A DNA stretch of 64,000 nt from Eledone cirrhosa (taxonomy: Eukaryota). Of this stretch, positions 12,201 through 26,858 are shown piece by piece. Below the pieces are notes generated by a model. It saw only the letters and a program-made list of their open reading frames with translations, made no database searches and was not told the DNA's origin. The number at the start of each line of letters is the position of its first letter. The first letter of the stretch is position 1. The stretch covers positions 102,796,001 through 102,860,000 of the forward strand of contig OZ024743.1 in NCBI GenBank assembly GCA_964016885.1. Direction: 5' to 3'. A program made the translations under genes and the position numbers.

Positions 12201-12761
12201 CGTGAAAATCTAGTATTTTACTCAAAGAGCAGAACGCACTAGCCGTTCCGGTAATCAAACCTCATGATCGTGCGTTCAGTGCCCTAACAACTAGGCTACG
12301 CGTCTTCACATTGACTAGCAGACAAAAGCTGAATCTCTTGTCTTTTGTAATGGTGTCCGCTTGGTTTGTTCTAAATTCTTTGTCTGTTATATTTATCTTA
12401 GATATTTTGTTCCTTAAAATATCAATTGAATAGATTCAAGAACATCTCTTTGTTGCCTTTATTCATATTAACATCTGCTCATCTAAACCATTCCTATAAT
12501 CTCCCATGCACACAATATTTCTTACATATATAAGGACTTATTAAATTCTGCATCCCCATGTTCATTCAATGCTGTATAGTTAGTCATTTGTTATTGTGTG
12601 CATACATCTCAGCTGACATACTAGCACCGACGGTTATAGCCTAAGGTGGATTCCTCTCAGCAGCATCCGTTTCCATATCTGTTTCAAGTTTAAATACCAC
12701 TACACCTTGTGTCTGGGAACAAATGTGAATATATATATATATATATAGATAGATAGATATT

Positions 12762-13192
12762 AATAATAATGGTTTCTTATATAGGCACAAGGCCAGCAAT
12801 TTTTGAGTGGAGGAGAAAGTCGATTAAATCGACTCCAGTGCGTGACTGGTACTTTATTTTATCGACCCCGTAAGGATGAAAGGCAAAGTTAACCTGGCAG
12901 AATTTGAACTCAGATCATAAAGGGCCGTAACTCTATGCTGAAAAGCATGGCGTCCGACCCTCTACTGATACTGCCAATCCACCGTCCTTATATATATTAA
13001 TAATAATTGTTTCTACTTTTGGCACAAGGCCAGCAATTAACCAGTGCATTACTGGTACTTTATTTTATCGACCCCGTAAGGATGAAAGGCAAAGTCAACC
13101 TCGGCGGGATTTGAACTCAGATCGTAAAGGGACGTAACTATGCTGTAAAGCATGGCTTCCGACCCTCTACCGATACTGCCAATCCACTGGCT
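12762..13192 (-). mobile_element. Two SINE-A copies
   Basis: Reverse complement of the SINE-A consensus. Confidence 0.92.
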
Positions 13193-13204
13193 TATATTAA
13201 TAAT

Positions 13205-13495
13205 AATAAAGGACAATTTGTTATGTCCTCATTACGTTTCTTAATTAGTTACGTGCTTTTCGCTATTGATTAGCTCAAGGTTCAATCTGCATTGATCTAG
13301 CCTGACTCTGGAATCAAAAGCTCGTGGGACCTCTGTTGTGGTAATGACAAAATCGGGCTAGATCAATACAGATTGAACATTCAGCTGATCAATAGCGAAA
13401 ATCATTATTACACTCTGCTTAGTATCACACTTCTATACTTACTGGAAACTACGCATCAAGTGCTCACTCTGGTGAATCTACATGTTACAACCCCC
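13205..13495 (+). mobile_element. Degenerate PLE-derived fold-back element (family of 53224-53641)
   Basis: Arms about 13258-13306 and 13353-13400; tail with tacactctg…catcaagtgctca. Confidence 0.65.
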
Positions 13496-13515
13496 CCTCT
13501 CTATCTCTCTCTCTT

Positions 13516-13569
<54 letters not shown>

Positions 13570-13730
13570 CATACACATACATATGTCTGTGTACGTGCGT
13601 ATAATTTCAGGGGCTGGTTGTGGACTAGAAAAAAATTTGAATTCGTTTATCCATGCCTCTATTTTTCCCTGTGTATATTTGCTATCCTGGCTATCCTGGC
13701 GCAATGTAACTTTCAGACACTCAAATACTC

Positions 13731-13805
<75 letters not shown>

Positions 13806-14308
13806 AATACGCACGGGTACACACATACATACCCTTATATAGACACGTATATACACATATACATATGCAGCGAAATACAAACATATACACTTACGTCCAG
13901 CTGAACATATATACATTATGTATACTATTCAGCTTTACAATTAACAGTTTAAGATAAAAGAAGAAAAAAACGGAGAAAAAGCCATTAATACTTTATATCT
14001 AATTATATGTCGAAGATAGATAATTAGAAATACAATTACACGTATAGAACTAGTAGTAGCCTCAATTAACAATATTCAAATGTAATATCAAAGCATAATT
14101 TATCAGGCTCAACCATTGAACTCAATTTAAATATTCAGATCAGCTGCCTTAAATTTTATCAACTCAATCAAATGTCAAACAGATGGATCTCCATAGATAA
14201 GATTTACATGTTACAATGGTTACCTCGTCTTTGGGGAATCATTACAATACATCGGATTCCGCTTTGAAATGAAATATTCTGCTTCACTAGAGGAATATAT
14301 GGTTATCA

Positions 14309-14495
14309 AAATAATTGTTTCTACATTTGGCACAAGGCCAGCAATTAACCAGTGAATTACTGGTACTTTATTTTATCGAGCCCGTAAGGATGAAAGGTAA
14401 AATTAACCTCGACGGGATTTGAACTCAGACCGTAAAGGGATATAACTACGCTGGAAAGGATGGCGTCCGACCCTCTACCGATACTGCCAATCCAC
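14309..14495 (-). mobile_element. SINE-A copy
   Basis: Reverse complement of the consensus. Confidence 0.92.
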
Positions 14496-14558
14496 ATCAA
14501 AATAATGTATAGGAAACAATTATATTACACCCGCCTATATACAAGTTTTCTTTCTCTC

Positions 14559-14628
<70 letters not shown>

Positions 14629-14764
14629 CCTCTCTCTATCTATCCACCTATCTATATATCTATCTATCTATCTATCTCTCTCTCTCTCTATCTCTCTCAC
14701 AACACAAACAAACACACACACTTATATATACATATATATATATATGCAAAAGTTTTATATAAAA

Positions 14765-16578
14765 TTGTTGGGTTACAAGTAAATATTTTATAACTGATAT
14801 AAAGCACTCGACAAGTTTTGGAGTAGATATACGATATTAAACAAATGGAAACTATATTTATAAAACCATATTTATTTCATTATACATATTTCGGGGATAC
14901 CATATTAAAAATATGGCATGCCTTCTTCAGATAAAATACAATATATAAACATTTTATAAATAATTTTGACGTACCATAAATATTGACCAACCGTTATGTA
15001 AAAAGCTGGTTTGGTAGTGAGATGTTTACAAATATTTAGTGTTAAGCAGAGTTAAAAAGAAAGACAGAGAAAAAGAAAGACAGAGAAAAATAAGAAATGT
15101 ATGTAAAGAAAAACAGAGAGAAATAGAGAGAGACAGGGGAGAGAGAAATAGTGAGGAGGTGAAAAAAGAGAGGCAGCTGAGGCAACAGATGAATAATAAT
15201 AATTCATCATACAAATTGAGAGATTTAGGAGGGAGGGTGTACTGTAATTATTTAGTTATAGTGTTAAGGACATTTGGGGAGGGGGCGGAGAGAAAATAAG
15301 AAATGAAGAGAAAACAGAGAGAGAGAAAGATAGAGGTGGGGGGAGAATAGAGGTAGCCCAAATAATAATAATTATATATGGGGAGGTGAGAGAAATAGGA
15401 GAGAAATGAGAGAGAAACAAGAGAGAAACTCGAGAGGCAAAGTTAAAACAACCGATACATAGATTTCATCATATATAAAGAGGGAGGAGAAGAAAGAGCT
15501 ATATCTAGAGAGAGGGATGATAGATTTACATCTTTACGTTATGTCCTATCAATTTGAATTATCAATTCATATGAATTGGGTAATATAATGTAAATATCAA
15601 TATTCATGAATGAGACATAGATATATAATGTGTGAAAATAATTTTGCTCAACAATGACCATATGTTAGTTTAAAATTCTGAGGTCGATGTACCAAAACTG
15701 AGATGAAACTTCAATTCTTTCACAGATCCAAACAAAAAAATCCTCAACTTCACTATCAGGCTTACTCTGGCAACTTAAACATGATAACGTTGGGTATTCG
15801 ATGTTTTGGAATATTGTCTCAAGAGGGATTCCTTTTAATTCCTCATCTGAAACATGTGACCTCTGTGTGGAGGAGATATTCTTTATATTAAAATCCAAAA
15901 ATTCCCTTAATTTAAGGAGCAATTTATTCAGTTGCTGCAGACATAGATTGAACTCAACGTTTAAATATAAATATGAATTTAAAATGTAGCATAATTAATT
16001 AGGATATTTAATTAATGTATGAAACCTGACGATAAATCTTTCGATTCCTTCAACTTTTTCTTTTAAACCTTCTTCATAAATATATACTAATGATGTAATT
16101 AAACTACCCTAAAATGTAGATGAATAAATCTATTGAATAAATTTTACGCTAGATAAACTTCTATACTAAATATAAAAGCATCCGTAAAACAACAGGGTCT
16201 CCTAAATCCTTTAAATGATTTTTGCTAAATGAGTTTTGTTGAATAATTTTTGATTTTTTGTTTGCTTTTTTATTCTGATTGCTTCTAATGAACTTGGCAA
16301 TATATTGTCAGATAAATTGGAAGGGTAGATCTCTGTGGTTGATATGGGGGCATACTGTGTTTTTTACGGCCCGAGATACCCTAGGGAGTGATGAAAATAT
16401 TTTTAACGTTTTGATATCTCTGTGCTGATATATTGATATCTGTACATATACGTGTGCATACATATATATATATATATGTATGTGTGGGTATAGTTCTGGA
16501 TATGTTACAGATATGCATAATATTCTATACATGAACGATAATCATGTATGTGAGGGCAAGAATATTAATATATTTTTT

Positions 16579-16637
<59 letters not shown>

Positions 16638-17687
16638 AAATCTTTTATAACACAAAGGAAAAAAAATTTTTTTCTGTGAAACAAGAAATTACAGAGTTGA
16701 TCACGTAAAATCATGGGTATGTCTATAGTGTCAACTAGAACTTGAGATGACCTTCTCTTTTTCTCTTTCTTTCCTTTTCCGGAAAATGCATATGCATGTG
16801 TATGTATATTTCCGTATTTTTTGAAGTTTTATCTCAGTTTTGGTACATCGACCTCAGAATTTTAAACTAAACATATGGTCATTGTTGAGCAAAATTATTT
16901 TCACAGATTATATATCTATGTCTCATTCATGAATATTGATATTTACATTATATTACCCAATTCATATGAATTGATAATTCAAATTGATAGGACATAACGT
17001 AAAGATGTAAATCTATCATCCCTCTCTCTAGATATAGCTCTTTCTTCTCCTCCCTCTTTATATATAATGAAATCTATGTATCGGTTGTTTTAACTTTGCC
17101 TCTCGAGTTTCTCTCTTGTTTCTCTCTCATTTCTCTCCTATTTCTCTCACCTCCCCATATATAATTATTATTATTTGGGCTACCTCTATTCTCCCCCCAC
17201 CTCTATCTTTCTCTCTCTCTGTTTTCTCTTCATTTCTTATTTTCTCTCCGCCCCTTCCCCAACTGTCCTTAACACTATAACTAAATAATTACAGTACACC
17301 CTCCCTCCTAAATCTCTCAATTTGTATGATGAATTATTATTATTCATCTGTTGCCTCAGCTGCCTCTCTTTTTTCACCTCCTCACTATTTCTCTCTCCCC
17401 TATCTCTCTCTATTTCTCTCTGTTTTTCTTTACATACAATTCTTCTTTTTCTCTGTCTTTCTTTTTAACTGTGCTTAACACTAAATATTTGTAAACATCT
17501 CACTACCAAACCAGCTTTTTACATAACGGTTGGTCAATATTTATGGTACGTCAAAATTATTTATAAAATGTTTATATATTGTATTTTATCTGAAGAAGGC
17601 ATGCCATATTTTTAATATGGTATCCCCGAAATATGTATAATGAAATAAATATGGTTTTATAAGTATAGTTTCCATTTGTTTAATATC

Positions 17688-17692
<5 letters not shown>
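14765..17692 (+). mobile_element. 5'-truncated Penelope-like element with an inverted pLTR
   Basis: Arms 14828-15714 and 16821-17692 are reverse complements. GIY-YIG C-terminus at about 15715-15989 (TSLSGLLWQLK…FWNIV…CDLCVEE…LNLRS…CCRH). HHR-like motif at 17586-17641 mirrored at 14880-14934. Confidence 0.85.
17586..17641 (+). ncRNA. Minimal hammerhead-like motif, partly decayed (mirror at 14880-14934, minus)
   Basis: CTGAAGA, stem II hairpin tgccatatt/aatatggta, GAAA tatg TA; first stem I pair mismatched. Confidence 0.55.
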
Positions 17693-17720
<28 letters not shown>

Positions 17721-17725
<5 letters not shown>

Positions 17726-18267
17726 CAGGAAAGAAGGTTGACATGGTTTGCTATACAAAAAAGGTTTAATCACATAGCTTACATTTGTTTCACTGAGCTG
17801 GTAGGTCTAGAGATCGCTATTTGCTTATTTTCGCGTTACTCGATCGCCAATACAAAATTATAACCAGTCAGATCTTCGGAGCATGCGAGAATGAAGAAAA
17901 TACACAGGCAAGAAAAGAATATACAGGCTACTATATGAAGTAGTAATGGCATTCAATTAGAACAATAACAACAATTACAACAATGCCATCAATAAATTAT
18001 TTAAGGAGACCCTGACATTACTTAGGTGGGGGGTATATAATGTATCTAACGTTACGGCGTGTAAAACTAGCTGTCATGAGGCAAAAGAAAGCGTTTGGCA
18101 TGTACAGAGTATCGAAGTGTATATCAATTTTAAATTTTAAAGATAAGCTAGTGTTTACAGTCTTTCTCTTCATCTTCAATAGTATACATGAGTGGGACAA
18201 CATTGTCAAAGCTAAATAGTTGTTGAGTTAATACAGAGGTTAACGAAGTAATATACGCATATATTTA

Positions 18268-18340
<73 letters not shown>

Positions 18341-19553
18341 ACACACGCACATATATATATATATATACATATATACACATGCATGTGTACATAGACACAT
18401 TCATACACATCAATATACACTCGTACAAAAATATACATACATGCAAAGAGATAAGCGTGTTAATTGTAATTATGGCAAAAAGAAGGTAAAGTTACATTGT
18501 AGTAGTGATTTGAGAAAAACTATGATTTAGGATAAAATGATGACAGCAGCTGAGAAGGAATAAGTTTGTTGGTAGATGAGGTACTTACAGACAATTATGT
18601 GGTATAGACTTGTGAAGGATATAGTATACTTAATGAATATATTTCTGTGGGTAGTAGTTATCCTAATTTAAAGCTATGTTATGTTGGTTCGATTCACGGA
18701 GGTTTGAATCTTATGAATTTAGTGGCTATTCTATGTCTGCAGAAGATAGATCTTTCTAACTTATTGTTAAGTAGCCTTTTTACATTTTTAAGGATATACA
18801 ATAGCTCAAGATCACATAGCCCGCAGTGGGACATCCCTGTACTATAGGTTTTAGCAGCCGACAACTTCGACCAGTTGATACTGTAGTTAGTGTTGCTGTC
18901 CTTCAATTCCCATATTTTTTTGGCGAGGGTTGTGGAACCCATAAGTGAAAAACTATGCACTTATGGGTTCCACAACCCTCGCCAAAAAAATATGGGAATT
19001 GAAGGACAGCAACACTAACTACAGTATCAACTGGTCGAAGTTGTCGGCTGCTAAAACCTATAGTATAGGGATGTCCCACTGCAGGCTATGTGATCTTGAG
19101 CTATTGTATATCCTTAAAAATGTAAAAAGGCTACTTAACAATAAGTTAGAAAGATCTATCTTCTGCAGACATAGAATAGCCACTAAATTCATAAGATTCA
19201 AACCTCCGTGAATCGAACCAACATAACATAGCTTTAAATTAGGATAACTACTACCCACAGAAATATATTCATTAAGTATACTATATCCTTCACAAGTCTA
19301 TACCACATAATTGTCTGTAAGTACCTCATCTACCAACAAACTTATTCCTTCTCAGCTGCTGCCATCATTTGATCCTAAATCCTAGTTTTTCTCAAATAAC
19401 TACTACAATGTAACTCTACCTTCTTTTTGCCATAATTACAATTAACACGCTTATCTCTTTGCATGTATGTATATTTTTGTACGAGTGTATATTGATGTGT
19501 ATGTATGTGTCTATGTACACATGCATGTGTATATATGTATATATATATATATA

Positions 19554-19596
<43 letters not shown>

Positions 19597-20309
19597 AAAT
19601 ATATGCGTATATTACTTCGTTAACCTCTGTATTAACTCAACAACTATTTAGCTTTGACAATGTTGTCCCACTCATGTATACTATTGAAGATGAAGAGAAA
19701 GACTGTAAACACTAGCTTATCTTTAAAATTTAAAATTGATATACACTTCGATACTCTGTACATGCCAAACGCTTTCTTTTGCTTCATGACAGCTAGTTTT
19801 ACACGCCGTAACGTTAGATACATTATATACCCCCACCTAAGTAATGTCAGGGTCTCCTTAAATAATTTATTGATAGCATTGTTGTAATTGTTGTTATTGT
19901 TCTAATTGAATGCCATTACTACTTCATATAGTAGCCTGTATATTCTTTTCTTGCCTGTGTATTTTCTTCATTCTCGCATGCTCCGAAGATCTGACTGGTT
20001 ATAATTTTGTATTGGCGATCGAGTAACGCGAAAATAAGCGAATAGCGATCTCTAGACCTACCAGCTCCGTGAAACAAATGTAAGCTATGTGATTAAACCT
20101 TTTTTGTATAGCAAACCATGTCAACCTTCTTTCCTGATTTATTATTACTCCAAGTGTTTACAACATAGGAATTACGGCATACCCGCAGCATCACTATGAA
20201 AACGCCTTGTTGAGTCAAACCAAGCCAAGCGTTAATATCATCCACTACCTGGAATACCATAACTGGACTTTACCTAGGTGGACTGCATTTAACTATTATT
20301 TGTTACCCC

Positions 20310-20310
<1 letters not shown>
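17721..20310 (+). mobile_element. Penelope-like element 3' end as a 2.4-kb fold-back
   Basis: Arms 17721-18947 and 18958-20141 with a 10-nt spacer. Each arm encodes the GIY-YIG C-terminus STTLAKKIWELKD…INW…CxLCDLE…LNNK…CRH. Tail 20142-20310. Confidence 0.9.
19976..20090 (+). ncRNA. Hammerhead ribozyme with atypical CCGAAGA core (mirror at 17772-17886, minus)
   Basis: gcatgct CCGAAGA t ctgactggt…accagctc(a/c)g t GAAAC aaat GTA agctatgt. Confidence 0.65.
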
Positions 20311-20356
<46 letters not shown>

Positions 20357-20371
20357 ATGTATGTATGTATA

Positions 20372-20630
20372 TAACTTTGATAATTTTCATAGGTTTTGGC
20401 CAGCATTGGCCCAGGCCATGTCTAACTTAATAGTACCACCTGGCGAAGTCTTTGAAATCAGGATTTGGACACCATGGCCCACTCAAGAAGGGAGTTGTTA
20501 TGAGATGCGAGAGTGATTTTTGTTGTGGGCGGATAGCATGGGGCGGATAGAACGGGCAATGCTGATGGATTATTTTCCGCATCATGCAGATAATGTAGCG
20601 CTCACGGCGGCGTTGGAGAGCATAAAGTTT
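20372..20630 (-). mobile_element. CR1-like LINE 3' fragment
   Basis: LYALQRRRERY; 3' UTR matches 57225-57297. Confidence 0.8.
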
Positions 20631-21084
20631 TTCTACTCGACCCCAATATTTATATTTGAAAACGAATTTCTTTATATAAATAAATAGATAATTTACATAT
20701 TTTACATATTTTAAATATCTTATGGTAAACATTGATGCAATTCAATTCAAGCACACTACGTACTTTTTCCACATAGGAATAACTGAGTATATTCAGCATA
20801 AGAAAATGCAAAGTAGATTCAGATGTTAAAGTCCTTTATTGATACACATTTCAATGACGAGAGTAGCCACGCGATTCCGCGTACCCAGTGCCATAATCTC
20901 ATCAGATAGCTTCTTGCATTATAAGGTTACGTTCTCGAGGCAATCAAAGTTAAAACGACAAGGGAATGGACAAAGTGTATGTTCTTGAATCCTTCGCCCG
21001 TTCCCTTGTGAATAAAGAACTTTACAATCTGAAACTACTTCGCATTTTCTTATTGTAAATAAATAAATAAATAAATATATATAT

Positions 21085-21700
21085 ATCATCATCATCATCA
21101 TCGTTTAGCGTCTATCTTCCACGCTAGCATGGGTAAGACCGTTTTGTTCCACTTGATGCTGGAATGGTCGGGAGACCATGCCTCGCTCGCATGGAAGCGT
21201 CTCTGGCAGGTCTTTTTACAGTTGAATGCCCTTCCTAACACCAAGCACATTTACAGTGTGGACTGGGGAGCCTTGGCACTGTGTCTCCTACACGGCCACC
21301 TTACAGTGTGAACTGTTGTGTCATCGACACAGTAGACGGAACGGGAGAAGGAAGATGGGTTAGAGGTGTCGCGATAGGGTGTACATTGGGATAAGAGGTG
21401 CCTACTGACTAGGTTTATATGCAATGGCAGTCGGGTCTTCTGTACAACTACATGGCGCCAAAGGCCTCGATCCAGTGTCATTGTCTTAGAGAGGTGTAGG
21501 TGAACACGGTCAGTTTTTATCAGCTCGTCCCAGGTTTTTCTTGGTCTACCCACTCCGTAGCTTCCGTCAATTTGCATTGCCCTGCATTTTTTTATACAGC
21601 TGTCGTCCTTCATATGCATCACATGTCCATACCAATGCAGTCTCCTCCCCAGAACACAACATTTGATACCTCTTATGCTTAGGCTCCCTCTTAATTCGTT
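21085..21700 (-). mobile_element. RTE-clade LINE 3' fragment with (GAT)n tail
   Basis: RRLHWYGHVMHM…GRPRKTWDE; ends gacgctaaac(gat)n. Confidence 0.85.
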
Positions 21701-21957
21701 TATATAATATACTATATATATATATATATACATACGTATATATATGTATATATATATATATTAGAAAGTGAGGTTTTTTTTACAAAATGAAAAATAACCG
21801 AGATGTCCTACACGAGTGAAAGTATAAGCAAAAAAGATGAAATCGAAAATGCAACTGGAGTCTTTTTTAAAAAAATATTTATTTGGTTCCTTTACCGGTT
21901 TCGCAGTTCTTCTGCTTTTCAAAAGTAGAATTGAGATGGAGGGTTTGTGGTTTTTCT

Positions 21958-22830
<873 letters not shown>

Positions 22831-22891
22831 TAACAGATTACGATACATTAAACAGATTACGATACATTAAAATAACAGATATACATACATA

Positions 22892-22953
<62 letters not shown>

Positions 22954-23624
22954 TATATAATGTGTGTGTGTACGTGGACACGGGTGTGGGTGCGCGCGCG
23001 TGTCTGAGAGAGAGAATTAGAGTGGCTATGGAATGAGAGTGGAAGTGGGTAAGAGATATGACCAATGGATAGATAGACAGGTCGATAGAAAGAGAATATG
23101 TATCTTCATACATATACACAGAGATATAGAAGGGAAAGATCAATACTATATCGTTAAAAACAAAATTCCCATAGCTTGCCAAACATGACGACCAAATCTA
23201 ACTTGAAGAAGATAAAGATGGCCTTATAATATATACCTTTTAAAGATGACATGGGTTTAAATATTGGTTTATGGCAGTGACACAGAGCTAAAGTCAACAT
23301 TGATTTAAGAATACATTGATTGAAATGACACAAAGTTGAAGTCCACATTGGTTTAAATATATGTTGATGGTAGTGACACAGAAATATTCAGCACAATATA
23401 ACAGAATATATTAAGAAGAAAAAATGATTGTTCATTCAGAATCTTAATATATACCTGATTAAAGGAGAGGAAATATACGTAGCTGTGTATCTTAGGAGGC
23501 TATACATGATATATATAGTTTTATGAATATACGAATATAAGATTACTTTCTTTTACCGATAAAGATATCGTATATTAAGATAAAGACTTTCAAAGTAAAA
23601 TCATCTTCTTCTTCTTCTTCTTCT

Positions 23625-24082
23625 TCTTCTTCTTCTTCTTCTTCTTCTTCTTCTTCTTCTTCTTCTTCTTCTTCTTCTTCTTCTTCTTCTTCTTCTTCTT
23701 CTTCTTCGTGAGATGGTCGTAAGGGAGGAATCTTCAAACACTTCTTCCCGCGTCTCCTATCAGAAACAACCAGTCTCCAACTGATCCGGCTGGATCCCCA
23801 AGCGAAACCAGCCAAGCTCATGTGTGTTATCCAACCATCTTGCTCAAGGTCTAACCCTGGGTCCACTACCAGTTGGTTTTGCCCGTAAAATCTGTCCAGC
23901 GAGTCTTTCCTGCGACATTCTAAACACATGCCCATTGTATCGGAGCTGTGTTCTCTCAATACAGAGAAGTAGCAGCCATACTTGGAGTGATTCTCTGATC
24001 TTCCCGCTACGCACCTTATCGATTAACGTTACTCCAAAGACCCTTCGACGGGAACCAATTTCGGCTGCTTCTATTCGTGATC
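23625..24082 (-). mobile_element. RTE-clade LINE 3' fragment with (GAA)n tail
   Basis: RIEAAE…IERTQLRYNGHVFRM…RWLD in a frame absent from the track; poly-(GAA) tail. Confidence 0.8.
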
Positions 24083-24499
24083 GTATGTATGTACGTATGA
24101 TGTATGTATGGATGGATGTATTGTAAGTATGTATATATGTAAGTATGTTTACACGTACGTATGTAGATGAGTACGTAAATATGTATGCATGTATATGTAT
24201 GTTTGTTTGTATGTATGGATGGATGGATGCATGTATTTATGTATGTATGAATGTATCAAAGCATGCACGTATATGTCTAAGCATACACCTATATGTGTAT
24301 ATATGGATAGATCGATGGGTGGCTGAATGTATGGATAGATGGATGGATGAATCTATAAATCTTTGTATAACATCTATCAATGTATGCACGTAAATATTTA
24401 TGTACGTATAGATGTATGTATGTTTGCACGTATGTATCAAAACATGCACGTATATGTGTGTATATATATATATGTGTGTGTATATATATATATATATAT

Positions 24500-26032
24500 A
24501 TAATATATAAGATCAAAAGATGGTTAAAAGAGTTCCATGTATTTTATTATGCGCATTTCAAAAACAAATGTCATCATGCAATAACATTTGCGTTTTCATC
24601 AGATAAAATAGGGAGACATGATATGAAGGTAAAAACACACCTGTGAATAGTGCAGTTTTAAATCAACATATTAAAAGTAGTTTTAGATTGATGTGTGATA
24701 TTGGGAAAAAAATTGAGGGGGGGGGTGCAAAGGATGAAAAAGAGGAGGAGATGAGAGTAAAAAGTGGAGGGGGAGGAGTATAATGAGGAAGGATGAGATA
24801 GGAGGAGAGATGGGTGATAGAGAGAGAGAGATAGCTTTTATAACTGAGAAAAATATATTGTTTTACATAGAGAGGTTGAAAAACCGTTGGAAGATAATAT
24901 ATAAATTAAAAGAATTTGAAAATTAACGAAGAGAAAAATAACGAATAAAAAATGTTTAGAATAATGTTAAATTAAGGTTTGTATGTTTAAGGGTTTAATA
25001 ATATGTTCGATGAAAAGAAATTGTTAATATGTATTAAGAATAATATTTAAGGGTTTAATAATATGTGCGATGGAAAGAAATTGTTATGTATTATTAAAAA
25101 ATATAAAAATATAGCAATAGTAATGTAATTAAGGATATATTGTGAAAGAAGTAGAAGAGAGGATGCATAAGTGTAATATGTATAAGTTAGATGAGCATGA
25201 AAGGGAGAAAAAAATAATGAATAATCTAACGTCAAAAAATTGTTTATGTTTACGAAGGATTTTTTTAAGGTGATATAAAGTAAGAATATATTGTGCTGTG
25301 TAATAATTGTTTCTACGTTAGGCACAATGATAATTGAGAAGTGTCTAGCAAGAAAAGGTACAGATTAGGGGTTAGAAATTAAAAGAAAGAGAAAAGAAAA
25401 GAAAAAAGGAAAAGAAAGAAAGGGAAGTGAGAAATAGGAGTGAAATAGAATGAGTAACTAGTATTATATAATGTATAATAAATAACATTGAAATAAGGTA
25501 GAAAGATGGGTATATTTTTAAAGAAATATATATGTATATATATACATGTGCCTTTGAGAAAAGGATTTTAAATTGGTAAAGTATTAGATATTAGCTGTAT
25601 ACTTTATGGAATGTTCTGTGGAATCTATGCAAGTAGAGAGAGAACTAGTCAGTGCGTCTATTTATTATAGAATCTAAATTGATATAATGGTAAGTTTTTC
25701 ACATAAACAGAGATTGCATGTCTTGGATAGAGAACTGTTCAAGTATAAAGAAGCAGAAGACACCTTTTTCCAAGAGATGTTATAGTTAATATTTTTGTCT
25801 TTCAAGGACCATATGAGTTCTGAGAGTGCCGTGTTGGTTCTTTTAAGTTGGTATTTAAAAGACGAATGATGATTATAAAGACGAGCTTTAAAGGAGGTGG
25901 AAGTGGAGCCAAAATAGGTAAAGGAATTGGTGTCAGTTATAACTTTACATTCGTAGATTAAGTTTTTTTCAAGACAATGGTTGTTGAGAGGACATTTATT
26001 TTTAACAGGGCAATTGCAATTGCAAGTGCGAT
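24500..26032 (-). mobile_element. Penelope-like element 3' part: GIY-YIG endonuclease, long 3' UTR and HHR
   Basis: Minus strand about 26030-25675 translates [29 protein letters not shown]…YFGSTSTSFKARLYNHHSSFK…TALSELIWSLKD…CNLCLCEK (Naiad-like). It has no ATG and is therefore missing from the ORF track. Confidence 0.88.
24540..24610 (-). ncRNA. Type I hammerhead ribozyme (best-preserved copy)
   Basis: 8-bp stem I tattttat/ataaaata, CTGATGA, long stem II, GAAAT gcgc ATA with palindromic ATGCGCAT. Confidence 0.85.
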
Positions 26033-26083
26033 TATTATTATTTATTTATTTATTATTATTATATAAATATTATTATTATTACA

Positions 26084-26118
<35 letters not shown>

Positions 26119-26121
<3 letters not shown>

Positions 26122-26144
26122 GTATACAGGTATGTAAAGAAATT

Positions 26145-26194
<50 letters not shown>

Positions 26195-26217
26195 AATTTC
26201 TTTACATACCTGTATAC

Positions 26218-26220
<3 letters not shown>
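26119..26220. repeat. Perfect palindrome with arms of about 30 bp around a (TA)n core
   Basis: ctgtatacaggtatgtaaagaaatttcg / cgaaatttctttacatacctgtatacag. Confidence 0.9.
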
Positions 26221-26306
<86 letters not shown>

Positions 26307-26809
26307 CATGTATGTATGTATGTATGTATATATTTATGTGTCTATGGATGTATTTATGTATGTATGTGTGTATGGATGAATGGAATTCTACGGACGTGTT
26401 CCTTGTGTAATGATTATTCAAATATAAAACCACATTCCAGCGTTCTACAGTAACTCCACAATATTATGTTGTAGCTTCCATGTAACAGTTTGGGGTGTGC
26501 CTGTAAGCCTATTTACAACACCCTCTCACACACACATACACACACACACGCATACATGCACACACACATACACACATATTCATACATTTGCATACGTAAA
26601 TCCAAACAAAGCATCAACAAACGTATAAACACATTTCCACCAACTCCTAGATAAATATATCAACGAACTATAAATATATCAACGAACACGCGTCTATACA
26701 TACTTACACACACACGCACACACATACATACATACATAAGTACGCATGCATACATACATGCATACACATATACATACATCCATATATACATATAAACATA
26801 CATACATTT

Positions 26810-26858
<49 letters not shown>

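Noticed and set aside
17721-20141. Palindrome as a pure sequencing fold-back artefact
   Set aside because: The arms differ by substitutions and microsatellite length and the geometry fits PLE inversion; not fully excluded without reads
20840-20910. Minus-strand CTGATGA…GAAATGTGTA HHR-like motif
   Set aside because: Stem I does not pair; at best a decayed remnant, so it was not called
25675-26030. Selenocysteine recoding as described for some Naiad PLEs
   Set aside because: Conserved Cys positions are TGC/TGT here and in the other GIY-YIG fragments; no convincing SECIS was seen by eye
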